Assembly (NCBI RefSeq): GCF_032444005.1
Contig: NC_091286.1
Span: 130,076,001-130,140,000, forward strand
Direction: 5' to 3'
Source of the DNA: Ranitomeya imitator
Taxonomy: Eukaryota
Length of the DNA stretch: 64,000 nucleotides
The position numbers were made by a program, and so were the translations under genes. Position 1 is the stretch's first letter. Each line of letters opens with the position of its first letter. The notes beneath the pieces are model-generated. The model was not told where the DNA came from and ran no database searches. It worked only from the letters and a program-made list of their open reading frames with translations. Shown here one piece after another: positions 36,958-48,487 of the stretch.

Positions 36958-37287
36958 GGCTATGTGCACACGTCAGAAATCATTGCAGAAATTTCCTGAC
37001 CCAAACCGGACTTTTTCCAGCAGGAAATCCACGTTTTTTGTGCCTTTTTATCGTGTTTTTTGCACTTTTTTCCCCAGAGCTTCCCCAATGCAATATATAG
37101 TGGTAAAAATGCAAAGAATCCGCAAAATTAATGAACATGCTGCATTTACCGCGATGCGTTTTTTCTCGCGGGAAAAAACGCAACTTGTGCACAAAAACTG
37201 CAGATTGCATTTTATTATTAGGATGCTTAATGGATGCGTTTTTTTCACGGTTTTATAGCGAAAAAAACGGAACGTGTGCACACAGCC
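36958..37287. mobile_element. Harbinger-type MITE 2 of the train
   Basis: ggctatgtgcacacg...cgtgtgcacacagcc, TTA shared with both neighbours. Confidence 0.85.
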
Positions 37288-37290
37288 TTA

Positions 37291-37665
37291 GGGTATGTTT
37301 CCATAGTCCGTAAAGGCTGTGGGTTTGATGCTGCGTACACAGCCACAGCGTGAAACCCGCAGCAGCCAGATGTTACAGCATAGTGGATGGGATTTTAAAA
37401 AATCCCATGTCCACTATGCGTGCACCGGCGCCCGCAGCTTCCTGCAGAGACTGACATGTGGCACATCTTTTCAGACCGCAGCATGTCCATTTATCTTGTG
37501 GAGACACTCAGTCTCAGCAAGATAAATAGCACCCGTACAATGTATAGGGCGTGGTGAATCCGCACGGTTCAATGAACACCTGCGTTAAAAAGCCAGCAGC
37601 TCTTTGGATGGCGCGGACATATGCTTCGCCCAAAGCGCTGCCAATTACGGACCGTGGGGACAGGG
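37291..37665. mobile_element. Harbinger-type MITE 3 of the train (degenerate right end)
   Basis: Begins gggtatgtttccatagtccg directly after TTA; right end eroded (cggaccgtggggaca). Confidence 0.6.
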
Positions 37666-37982
37666 TAACAGCACATGTAGGTTAATTATGTTAATGCTCT
37701 TACATACGCTGGTAAGAGAGTGAGTGTCTTTAATGTTTTTTTTAATATGATATCCATTTAGCTTACAAATCCGCATCAAAAACAGGGAGTTTCAACTGCG
37801 TTTTCTGCCAAGAGATGCAGAAACCGCACAGAAATTTCCAGAAGCAAATCCACAACGTGCGCACACAGCCTTATTTTTTTTTTAATTATATAATATACTG
37901 TAGTTCTTGAACAGATTTAAAAAAAAATAAAAAAATAAAAAATGGGGGCATGTATACTTATGGAGCTGTGATGAACATGTAA

Positions 37983-38355
37983 GGGTATGTGCACACGTTA
38001 AGGGACTTGGCTGCGGATCGGCCGTGGCGGATTCGCAGCAGTTTTGCATGCTGTTTACAGTACCATGTAAACCTATGGAAAACCAAATCCGCAGTGCCCA
38101 TGCTGCAGAACATACCAAGCGGAAACGCTGCGGTTTATTTTCCGCAGAATGTCAATTCTTTGTGCGGATTCCACAGCATTTTACACCTGCTCCTCAATAG
38201 GAATCCGCAGGTGTAAAAAAGCAGGTGAAATCCGCACACAAAAAAAAAAAAAAAAAAGGAAATCCGCAGGTAAAACGCAGTGCGCTTTACCTGCGGATTT
38301 CTCAAAAACTGAGCAGGAAAATCCACCCAGAAATCCGCAACGTGGGCACATAGGC
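37983..38355. mobile_element. PIF/Harbinger-type MITE (gggtatgtgcacacg family)
   Basis: TIRs with TAA TSD. Confidence 0.85.
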
Positions 38356-41300
38356 TAAGAGAAGAACCCTTTCGTAATTCTGTAAACTATAGAAAGTCTT
38401 AAGGAAGCCAATTCTAACATCAGCAGAACCATGAAGAGAACTGCAGGTAGAGTGTTTCTTCTATATGTCTAAAAGTTAACAATAAGGAAAATTAATTAAG
38501 CTTTAACAGGCATGTCTAGCCATGCCATCAAAAGTTTAAATGTGTATTTAACCCCTTAGTGGCAGAGCCAATTTGGTACTTAACCCCTTTACCCCCAAGG
38601 GTGGTTTGCACGTTAATGACCGGGCCAATTTTTACAATTCTGACCACTGTCCCTTTATGAGGTTATAACTCGAACGCTTCAATGGAGCCCGGTGAGTGAC
38701 ACTGTTTTCTCGTGACATATTGTACTTCATGAGTGGTAAAATTTCTTTCATATAACCTGCGTTTATTAGTGAAAAAAACTGAAATGTGGCGAAAATGTAA
38801 CAAATTTTGCAATTTTCCAACTTTGAATTTTTATGCAATTACCGTAAATCACATGTGAGATGTGTCACAAAATACTTAATAAGTAACATTTCCCATGTCT
38901 AATTTACATCAGCAGAATTTTGGAACCAAAATGTTTCTTTATTAGGGAGTTTATAAGGGTTAAAAGTTGACCAGCAATTTCTCATTTTTACAACACCATT
39001 TTTTTTTTTTTTTTTTTAAGGGACCACATCTCATTTGAAGTCATTTTGAGGGGTCTATATGATAGAAAATACCCAAGTGTGACACCATTCTAAAAACTGC
39101 ACCCCTCAAGGTGCTCAAAACCACATTCAAAAAGTTTATTAACCTTCAGGTGTTTCACAGGAATTTTTGGAATGTTTAAATAAAAATGAATATTTAACTT
39201 TTTTCACAAAAAACTTACTTCAGCTCCAATTTCTTTTCTTTTACCAAGGGTAACAGGAGAAAATGGACCCCAAAAGTTGTTGTACAATTTGTCCTGAGTA
39301 CGCTGGTACCCCATAAGTGGGAGTAAACCACTGTTTGGGCGCTTGGCAGAGCTCGGAAGAGAAGGAGCGGCATTTGACTTTTCAATGCAAAATTGACTGG
39401 AATGGAGATGGGACGCCATGTTGCGTTTGGAGAGACATGTGCCTAAACATTGAAACCCCCCTCAAGTGACATTATTTTGGAAAGTTGACCCCCTAAGGAA
39501 CTTCTCTAGATGTGTTGTGAGAGCTTTGAACCCCCAAGTGTTTCACTACAGTTTATAACGCAGAGCCGTGAAAATAAAAATTCATTATTCCGACAAAAAT
39601 TATTTTTTAGCCCCCAGTTTTGTATTTTCCCAAGGGTAACAGGAGAAATTGGACCCCAAAAGTTGTCCAATGTGTCCTTAGTACGCTGATACCCCATATG
39701 TTGGGGTAAACCCCTGTTTAGGTGCACGGGAGAGCTCGGAAGGGAAGGAGCACTGTTTTGCTTTTTCAACGCAGAATTGGCTGGAATTGAGATCGGACGC
39801 CATGTCGCGTTTTTAGGCACATCAGGGGCTCTCCACAGTGGAAACCCCCCAATTATAACAAACCCTAATCCAGACACACCCCTAACCCAAACCTCAACGG
39901 TAACCCTAACCACACCCCTAACCCTGACACACCCATAACCCTAATCCCAACCGTAAATGTAATCCAAACCCTAACCCTAGCCCTAACCCTAAACGGGAAA
40001 ATGGAAATAAATACATTTTTTTAATTTTTCCCTAAGGGGGTGATGAAGGGGGGGTTTGATTTACTATTTATAGCGGGATTTCTAGCGGATTTTTATTATT
40101 GACAGCCGTCACACTAAGAGACAATTTATTGCAAAAAATTTTTTTTGCGTTACAACATTTTGAGAGCTATAATTTTTCCATATTCTGGTCCACAGAGTCA
40201 TGTGAGGTCTTGTTTTTTGCGGGACGAGTTTAGGTTTTTATTGGCAACATTTTTCGGGCATGAGACATTTTTTGATCGCTTTTTATTCCAATTTTTGTGA
40301 GGTAAAATGACCAAATACCAACTATTCATGAATTTCTTTTTTTTTTTTGGAAGGGGGGGCGATTATGAAAAAAACAGAAATATGGTGAAAAAGTTTAAAA
40401 TTTTGCAATTTTCAAACTTTGTATTTTTATGCCCTTAAATCAGAGAGATATGTCATGAAAAATAGTTAATAAACAACATTTCCCACACTACTACTACTAT
40501 ACATCAGCACAATTTTGGAAACCAATTTTTTTTGTTAGGGCGTTATAAGGTTTAAAAGTTGACCAGCAATTTCTCATTTTTACAACACCATTTTTTTTTT
40601 TTAGGGACCACATCACATTTTGAGGGGTCTATATGATAGAAAATAACCAAGTGTGACACCATTCTAAAAACTGCACCCCTCAAGGTCCTCAAAACCACAT
40701 TCAAGAAGTTTATTAACCCTTTACGTGCTTCACAGGAACTGAAACAATGTGGAAGGAAAAAATGAACATTTAACTTTTTTTTGCAAACATTTTACTTCAG
40801 AACCATTTTTTATTTTTTATTTTCACAAGTGTAAAAACAGAAATTTAACCATGAATTTTGTTGTGCAATTTCTCCTGAATACGCCGACACCCTATATGTG
40901 GGGGTAAACCACTGTTTGGGCGCACCGCAGAGCTTGGAAGAGAAGGAGTGCCGTTTGACTTTTTCAATGCATAATTGGCTGGAATTGAGATCGGATGCCA
41001 TATCACGTTTAGAGAGCCCCTGATGTGCCTAAACAGTGGAATTGCTCCACAAGTGACCCCATTTTGGAAACTAAACCCCTTAAGGAACTTCTCTAGATGT
41101 GTGGTGAGCACTTTAAACCCCCAAGTGCTTCGCAGAAATTTATAAAGTAGAGCCGTGAAAATGAAAAACACTTTTTTCCCTCAAAAATGATTTTTAGCCT
41201 GCAATTTTTTATTTTCTCAAGGGTAACAGGAGACATTGGACCCCAAAATCTGTTAACCAGTTTGTCCTGCATATTCTGATACCCCATATGTGGGGGGGGG

Positions 41301-41824
41301 GGCACGGTTTGGGCACCTATCGGAGCTCAGAAGAGAAGGAGCGCCGCTTGGAATGCAGACTTTGATGGGATGGTCTGCGGGCGTCATGTTGCATTTGCAG
41401 AGCCCCTGATGTACCTAAACAGTAGAAACCCCTCACAAGTGACCCCATTTGGGAAACTAGACCCCCCAAGGAACTTATCTAGATGTGTGGTGAGAACTTT
41501 GAATGCCCAAGTGCTTCACAGGAGTTTATAATGCAGAGTCGTGAAAATAAAAAATATTTTTTTTTCCCACAAAAAAGATTTTTTAGCCCCTAAGTTTTTA
41601 ATTTTCACAAGGGTAACAAGAGAAATTGGACCCCAAAAGTTGTTCTCCAATTTGTCCTGAGTATGCTGGCACCCCATGTGTGTGTGTGGGGGGGGGAAAC
41701 CACTGTTTGGGTGCACGGCAGAGCTCAGAAGGGAGAGGGCACCATTTGACTTTTTGAGCGCAAAATTGGCTGTCGTGTTTGGAGACCCCCTGATGTACCT
41801 AAACAGTGGAAACCCCCCAATTCT

Positions 41825-42145
41825 AGCTCCAACCCTAACCCCAACACACCCCTAACCCTAATCCCAACCCATAATCCTATTCACAACCCTAACGATAATC
41901 CCAACCCCAAAACAACCCTAATCAAAACCCTAAATCCAACACACCCCTAATCCTAATCTCAACCCTAACCTCAAACCTAACCCTAATCCCAACCCTAACC
42001 TTAACCCCAAGCGTAACCCTAATGCCAACCATAACCCTAATACCAACCCTAATCCAAACCCTAACCCTAACCCCAACTCTAACCCCAACTTTAGCCGCAA
42101 CCCTAACCCTAAATTTAGCCCCAACCCTAACCCTAAATTTAGCCC
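41825..42145. repeat. Degenerate (CCCTAA)n telomere-like array inside the piggyBac-like element
   Basis: Runs of ccctaa/cccaac/cctaat hexamers; related tracts at 39860-39995 and, as TTAGGG-like, 24562-24720. Confidence 0.85.
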
Positions 42146-42664
42146 CAACTCCTCCAGCTGCCGGCCGGCAGATCATGGCGGGCGCATGCGCAGGCCATTT
42201 TCTTACCGGATGAAGAAGCCGGCAGGCAGGAGGGGACGCAGGAGGACCTAGGGACACAAGTACAGCAGGGTCCCCGAATCCCCCTATTTCTCTGTCCTCT
42301 GATGTGCGATCACATCAGAGGACAATGAGATCTTTTTTTTTTGCGGCCGCCGGTAAAGTTAATTACCAGCGATCGCAAAACAGGGGTCTGTAAAAACCAA
42401 CCCCGATCATGTTCTTTGGAGTCTCTGCTACCCCTGGCAGCTGAGACCCCAAAGATTTCCCGGGTGCCGGCCAGTGGGCGCACTGCGCATGCCATTTTTT
42501 GGCTGGAACAAGATGGTGGCGCCCATCGGGAGCCACGATGAGCACCGGGGGTGACAGGCGAGTATCGGGGGGCTATTGGGGACCCCATTTCTCTGTCCTC
42601 TGACGTGCAATTACATCCGAGGACAGAAATGAAATGGGAAATCGCGTTGTTTTTTTGGGAGAGG

Positions 42665-43469
42665 TGTTATGAAAGGTAATTCAGTACCACAATGGACATA
42701 GAGCTCGTTCTTGTTTTTTGGATTATTGCCAGGTCACTGTATGTGCGCTGACCTCTGAGACGTGGGAACTCTGTTGACCGCAATCCCTAATCCTCTCCAA
42801 CCACACTAAAGGCAGCCGTGGATTGCGCCTAACGCTCCCTATGCAACTCGGCACGGCCTGAGAAACTAGCTAGCCTGAAGATAGAAAATAAGCCTACCTT
42901 GCCTCAGAGAAATACCCCAAAGGAAAAGGCAGCCCCCACATATAATGACTGTGAGTAAGATGAAAAGACAAACGTAGAGATGAAATAGATTTAGCAAAGT
43001 GAGGCCCAACTTTCTGAACAGAGCGAGGATAGGAAAGGTAACTTTGCGGTCAACACAAAACCCTACAAATACCACGCAAAGGGGGCAAAAAGACCCTCCG
43101 TACCGAACTAACGGCACGGAGGTACACCCTCTGCGTCCCAGAGCTTCCAGCAAGCAGAAAAAAACAAATTGACAAGCTGGACAGAAAAAAACAGCAAACA
43201 AATAGCAAAGAGGAACTTAGCTATGCAGAGCAGCAGGCCACAGGAACGATCCAGGAGGAAACAGGTCCAAAACTAGAACATTGACTGGAGGCCAGGATCA
43301 AAGCACTAGGTGGAGTTAAATAGAGCAGCACCTAACGACTTCACATCACCTGAGGAAGGAAACTCAGAAGCCGCAGTACCACTTTCCTCCACCAACGGAA
43401 GCTCACAGAGAACCAGCCGAAGTACCACTTGTGACCACAGGAGGGAGCTCTGCCACAGAATTCACAACA
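42665..43469. mobile_element. Solo LTR, same family as 3265-4066
   Basis: TGTTATGA...TCACAACA with an exact 6-bp GAGAGG duplication (42659-42664, 43470-43475). Confidence 0.88.
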
Positions 43470-44142
43470 GAGAGGGTTGCGACCGCCGGTAAACGTTTAA
43501 TTTAATGCGCTGTGGTTTAAGTACCATTAACTGCCGCCGTTAAAAGGCGCATCGGCAGTCGTTAAGGGGTTAAAGAAGACCCTTCACTAGTATCAGCATG
43601 CTGATCTGGCCACATCATGGAACAGTGGTGGCAGAGCCAGAGTCTTGTTTTTCTGTTTACTTTTGGCAATTATCACTATGATTAAGGGGACACTAGGACA
43701 TATTAGCATTTGTAGTAATTTACTTCTTTGACAGCATGACACTATTCAAATCATAAGCAGGCAGCACTATGTAGAGTAAGAGCGAGAGGAGGATCGGGCA
43801 TTAAAGGGGGGGGGGGGGGGTCCGAAACAGAGAAACAATTAACAAATACGCCAACACATACATATTCTAGAGAAGGTCATAGCTGGCTCTCATTACAACC
43901 ACAACCAAGTCTATCCCTGGCACCAGGGTATAATGTCCTGATAGCTAGAGGAGGGGGAGGGAAGCCATCAGTGCTGTGAGATGAGAGCTACGCAAGTCAC
44001 AAATTTCTGGATCTGTGCCAGAAATAAGGGCACTATTGACCAATGTCTGGGATAGAAGCAAAGAGGTGTTTTATTTAACTTGGACAATCCAATATGTAAT
44101 ATATCCACTGTAATATACTCCACGAGCTCATACAGTCACATC

Positions 44143-44290
44143 CCTTATAGATTGTTAGCTCAGGGTCCGCTTTCTTTCTATACCAGTTGGTGACTTTTTT
44201 GGTTTAAGATTATTGTACTCATTTTTTGCTATGTATACTCATTTTCACATGTAAAGCACCATGGAATAAAATCGCGCTAAAATAAATAAT
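44143..44290 (+). mobile_element. L2 LINE 3' tail fragment
   Basis: cccttatagattgttagctc...tgtaaagcaccatggaataaa...taaataat. Confidence 0.55.
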
Positions 44291-45295
44291 CGTAAGCTCT
44301 GCAGATGTTATATGGGATTTTAAGCTTTAAATGTATATTTCCATGGCGGACCTCTTGCAACGTTAAGTGAAATGCTGTGAATTTTTCAATTTTGCAGTGT
44401 TGGTCAGTTTACACTAATTTGTGCATGATATGTCTTTACCCTTTAGTGCAAAATGACACAGCTAAGTCAGCATTGGAGCGAGCTATCTCCACATCTGATA
44501 AACATCAAATTACATAGCTGGCATCTGTAACAGCAGCAGCCAGAGTTGAGCTCGGATTGCTGCTGTCAAAGGAAATCAGCTGACAAGTTTTGCTCTCCCA
44601 TCTTAAAACATTATATGTAGTAGTAGAGACCTAGAGCTCCAAATCAGTGGCGTGATCAGGGTTATACAGAGCTGAGCATTCAAAGAAATGCCAGATCAAC
44701 TAATTCCTTATTGCAATCAGGTTTGTTCATAGAGGCTTATCCATCAATAAAAACTTCTGGATTTTAGAAGTGAAAAATATTAACTTTAAAAATTAACGCA
44801 TTTAAACCCTTTCTGACCTCAGAAGTATCCATAGGTCCTGGTCGCCTGGTACTTACCGACCTTGGACGAATGGATACGTCCAGGTGATTTTGCGCGTACA
44901 GACGTTGTGTGCTCACCGCCAGGTGATTGACTGCCAATATCTGGCACTCCGTGCCAAAAGCAGTCCTGCACCGATCCCAGCACGTTAACCCCCTAAACGA
45001 TGTGATCCAACTTGATCGCAGCATTTTGGGAGCCTACAGAGGGGTCCCGATCGTTGCCATGGTGACCAGATGTAGTCATGACAACATTCGGCACACCACA
45101 GCTAGCAAAGTTGCTTGATCATGCTCAGAGCAAGCTGTCAGTGCAGCGCTGACAGCTTCCATAGCATACGGATGCTTCTGCATCCCCCTATGATATACAA
45201 GCTATCAGCCAGAAAAAAAGTGAAAGTACAGATATTTGGTATTGCGCGCACGGAACGACATCCTATAAAATGGTCTTGCTAGGTACCCCCTTTAA

Positions 45296-47601
45296 CCCCA
45301 GCTTTTTACGGTTTTACGTTTTCGCTCTCTTCCTTCCCAGAGCGATAAGTTTTTTATTTTTCTGTCAATATGCCCATGTGAGGGCTTATTTTTTGCCGGA
45401 CAAGTTGTACTTTTGAACAACATCATTGGTTTTTGCATTTCATATAATAGAAAACGGGAAAAAAAATTCCAATTACGGTGAAATTGCCAAAAAAGTGCAA
45501 TCCCAAACTTGTTTGTTTGGCTTTTTTTGCTAGGTTCACAAAATGCTAAAACTGACCTGCTATTATGATTCTCCAGGTCATTACGAGTTCATAGATAAAA
45601 AAAAAATAACCTAGACATGTTTGGTGTCTAAGTGGGGTTGGGTGAGGGCTTATTTTTTGCGTGCCGAGCTGACATTTTTAATGATACTTTTTTGGTGCAG
45701 ATACGATCTTTTGATCGCCTGTTATTGCATTTTAATGCAATGTTGCAGCAACCATAAAAAAAAAAAAACGTAATTCTGGCGTTTCAAATTTCTCGCTACG
45801 CCATTTAGCAATCAGGTTAATCCTTTTCTTATTGTATGCGTTATACAGTGCCATTTGTACGATGTACACAGCCAGTTTTATTATACCTCACCTTTGTCTT
45901 CTGCATGGCACTATAGGGCTGGAGGACTTGATCAGAAAGATCAACTCCCCCATGTATTTGTTGTACCCCAGGGCACAGTCTGGTTTGTGGACCTGTGCTG
46001 GGGTACTGCGAACGGTGGAGGCCGTGGTGCTGGGACCATTGATTGTTGTCAAGAAAAAGACATCTCTTGTCTTTGAACTTGACCACAAGCATTTTGCAGC
46101 TACATTGGGCTCGGCTCTCACCCTTGGGGAGAAACCCCTCTGGTTTCTGCGCACAGTAATGCAAGCGATGGTAGCTCTGGCAGAGAGGGATTGAAAGAGT
46201 GGGATGCTTGTATAAAAAGTTATTAACGTACAGATGTAACCTTTATCAAGCAGTGGGTGGACCAAATCCCACACTATTTTCCCACTCACCCCCAGAGCAG
46301 GTGGACATTCTGGGGGCTGGATCCTGGTGTCCTTTCCTTGATAAACTCTAAAGCTGAGAGTGTACCCCGAGTTACTCTCACACAGCTTATAGAGTTTTAT
46401 CCTGTACCTCACCCTCTTGCTGGGCAGGTACTGACGGAACTGAAGCCTCCCTTTGAAGTGGATGAGGGATTCATCCACACAAATTTCCCATTGGGGGAAT
46501 GTTCACTTCAGCAAACTTGTTGCTGAAGTGTTCGATGACCAGCCGAATTTCGAACAGTATCAAAATTCGGGTCATCACGGAGAAGGATGTCTGTAGTGTC
46601 CCTAAAGTAGAGAAATTTATGAATCGCCTCAAAAGTTTGTGTATCATAACCATGCCATATATTGGCGTTTGAGATAAAATATCAGTACTCAAGTATTGGC
46701 GAGTCTGGTTTCTTCACAATCCCCATGTGAAGGACCTGTCCCCAATATTTCAACATTTCTACAAAGTCAACGTGACTCCAAGCAGAAAATGATGAATTTG
46801 GGTTTCGTGCAAAAAATAAAAAAAATGCTGGACGTACAAGTTTGTTTGTTTCACCATGAGACTGATGAATGACTCCAAGAAATAGACTTTTGAAAAAGTC
46901 TATTTCCCTGAAGTTGGCAGTCTCAAACTGGATTCCTGATTGGGGACCGAAATCAGGAATCCGTGGAGCAAAATTTTCAGGGACGGGGCACTAGTTCTAG
47001 ATTAGGCATGATTAGCAATAGGTTGGGGGTTACTTACACTTGGCTGTAGGTCTTCTCCCCTGGGCTCCGGACTATTTCTCGTCCTGCGACTCCTTGGTGG
47101 TGGCGAGTCCGTGACACTGGAGGAGGCAATAAAGGAATATGCCTCCTCAGCCGAGTACAGCCTTTGTGACTGGCATGACTGATGAGCAGGGCATTGTGTG
47201 TGGTGTGTGTGTGTGTGTGTAAAAAAAAAAAAAAAAAAATCTAAACTTTATTATAGTGTTGCATGTGTATGTGCAAGTGTTTGGTGAAACTTTCTATCGC
47301 AGCAGGAGGTTGTCAGGCGCAGGGGGCAGGAGGGGGCTGAGGAGATGCAGCAGCAGATGGAGCCGGCAGCAGCAGCAGGTGATCAGGGGGTGATTGTGGT
47401 GATCACTGGGAGGGGGGTGATCACCAGCGGAGGGGAGCAGAGTACCAACTACAGATAAGCCAGCAGCAGCAGGTGATCAGGGGGTGATCCCCCAGGGTCA
47501 AGTATAGGTCTCCCTGTAACTGCAGGTCGGGTGACCTTTCATTAACCCCGGTCACCATACCCGCAGGAATGCGATCATTCTGTGACAGCATCGGGAAGCG
47601 G
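45296..47601 (-). mobile_element. Deleted, formerly autonomous piggyBac transposon
   Basis: TTAA on both sides (45292-45295, 47602-47605); contains transposase fragments; 45300-45820 is the reverse complement of the MITE subterminal region. Confidence 0.75.
45830..46700 (-). pseudogene. piggyBac (PGBD4-like) DDD transposase fragment
   Basis: DESLIHFKGRLQFRQYLPSKR...IKLYKLCESNSGY, GKIVWDL...LLDKGY, FYTSIPLF, YNKYMGGVDLSDQ (frameshifted). Confidence 0.92.
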
Positions 47602-48439
47602 TTAAAAACATCTTGGCATGCAAAAATCCCTCAACCCAACCCCACGAAAAATGGAAACGCTATGGGTATCAGAAACTGGGGCAGTTTATTTCTTTAAACA
47701 AAGTTTGGAAAATTTTTCACTAAGGATTAAAAAAAGAACCTGACATTTTTGGTTGTCTATGAACTCGTAATGACCTGGAGAATCATAATGGCAGGTCAGT
47801 TATAGCATTTAGTGAACCTAGTAAAAAAAAAAAAATTTTTTTTTTTTTAAAAGTGTGGAATTGCACTTTTTTTTGCAATTTCACCGCACTTGGAATTTCC
47901 CCCCCCCCTATTTTCTAGTACACAACATGGTAAAACCAATGGTGTCGTTCAAAAGTAAAACTCATCGCACAAAAAAAAAAGAAAAAAAAAAAAAACCAAG
48001 CCCTCAAATTGCCATTTTGACAAAAAAAAAAAAAAGTTAGGGCTCTGGGAAGAAGGGGAGCAAAAAACCCAAAATGCAAAACCAAAAATACCTCTGGTTG
48101 TTAAGGGTTTAAAATATGGTTCATTATTGGAGGGTGCTTAGCTGGTAGAGACTGCCTATACTGAAAACCAATGTAGCAGAAGAGGACCAATGTATAAAAG
48201 CAGCAACAGCAGCATAGCTACTGGGAACCAGAGGTAGCAGATAACTGAGCTGTGTAGTAAATAAAACCGGTTATATTTGCAATATAAGTAACACTAGTAC
48301 ACACGGCACTCAGGGCTTCTTGGCGGTGCTCAAGTTAGGTATCCAACCCGTCAAATGTAAGTAACAAATTACTTGGCACTCAGGAGATTGTGTTGCAAGA
48401 TAAGAAATCAGTTTATTCAGTGCATCCAGTTCCAACTGT

Positions 48440-48487
48440 CCAACTTAAACGTTTTCGGTCTTAACAACAGACCTTCATCAGAAGTAG
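48440..48487 (-). ncRNA. Mirror copy of the hammerhead motif
   Basis: Reverse complement of 53075-53122 within the inverted arm. Confidence 0.75.

Larger units (their letters stand above)
38552..43569 (+). mobile_element. Composite non-autonomous piggyBac-like element with subrepeats, telomere-like tracts and a solo LTR
   Basis: TTAA|CCCCTT starts at 38548 and 38580; ends aagggg|TTAA at 43570-43573; internal block 38900-39200 recurs at 40500-40800. Confidence 0.75.
44806..48108 (+). mobile_element. Non-autonomous piggyBac element, split by the transposase-bearing copy
   Basis: TTAA|accctttctg start (44802-44805); ends ttaagggt|TTAA (48109-48112); 47606-48108 matches the right half of 15965-17121. 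Confidence 0.6.

Noticed and set aside
24720-41820. Regularly recurring 20-30-bp motifs that resemble CRISPR repeats
   Set aside because: The intervening sequences are homologous to each other and hundreds of bp long; they are subrepeats of piggyBac-like elements, and no cas genes are present.
41922-42257. ORFs with (GL/RV/TL)n periodic peptides
   Set aside because: These are translations of the CCCTAA-like hexamer array, not genes.
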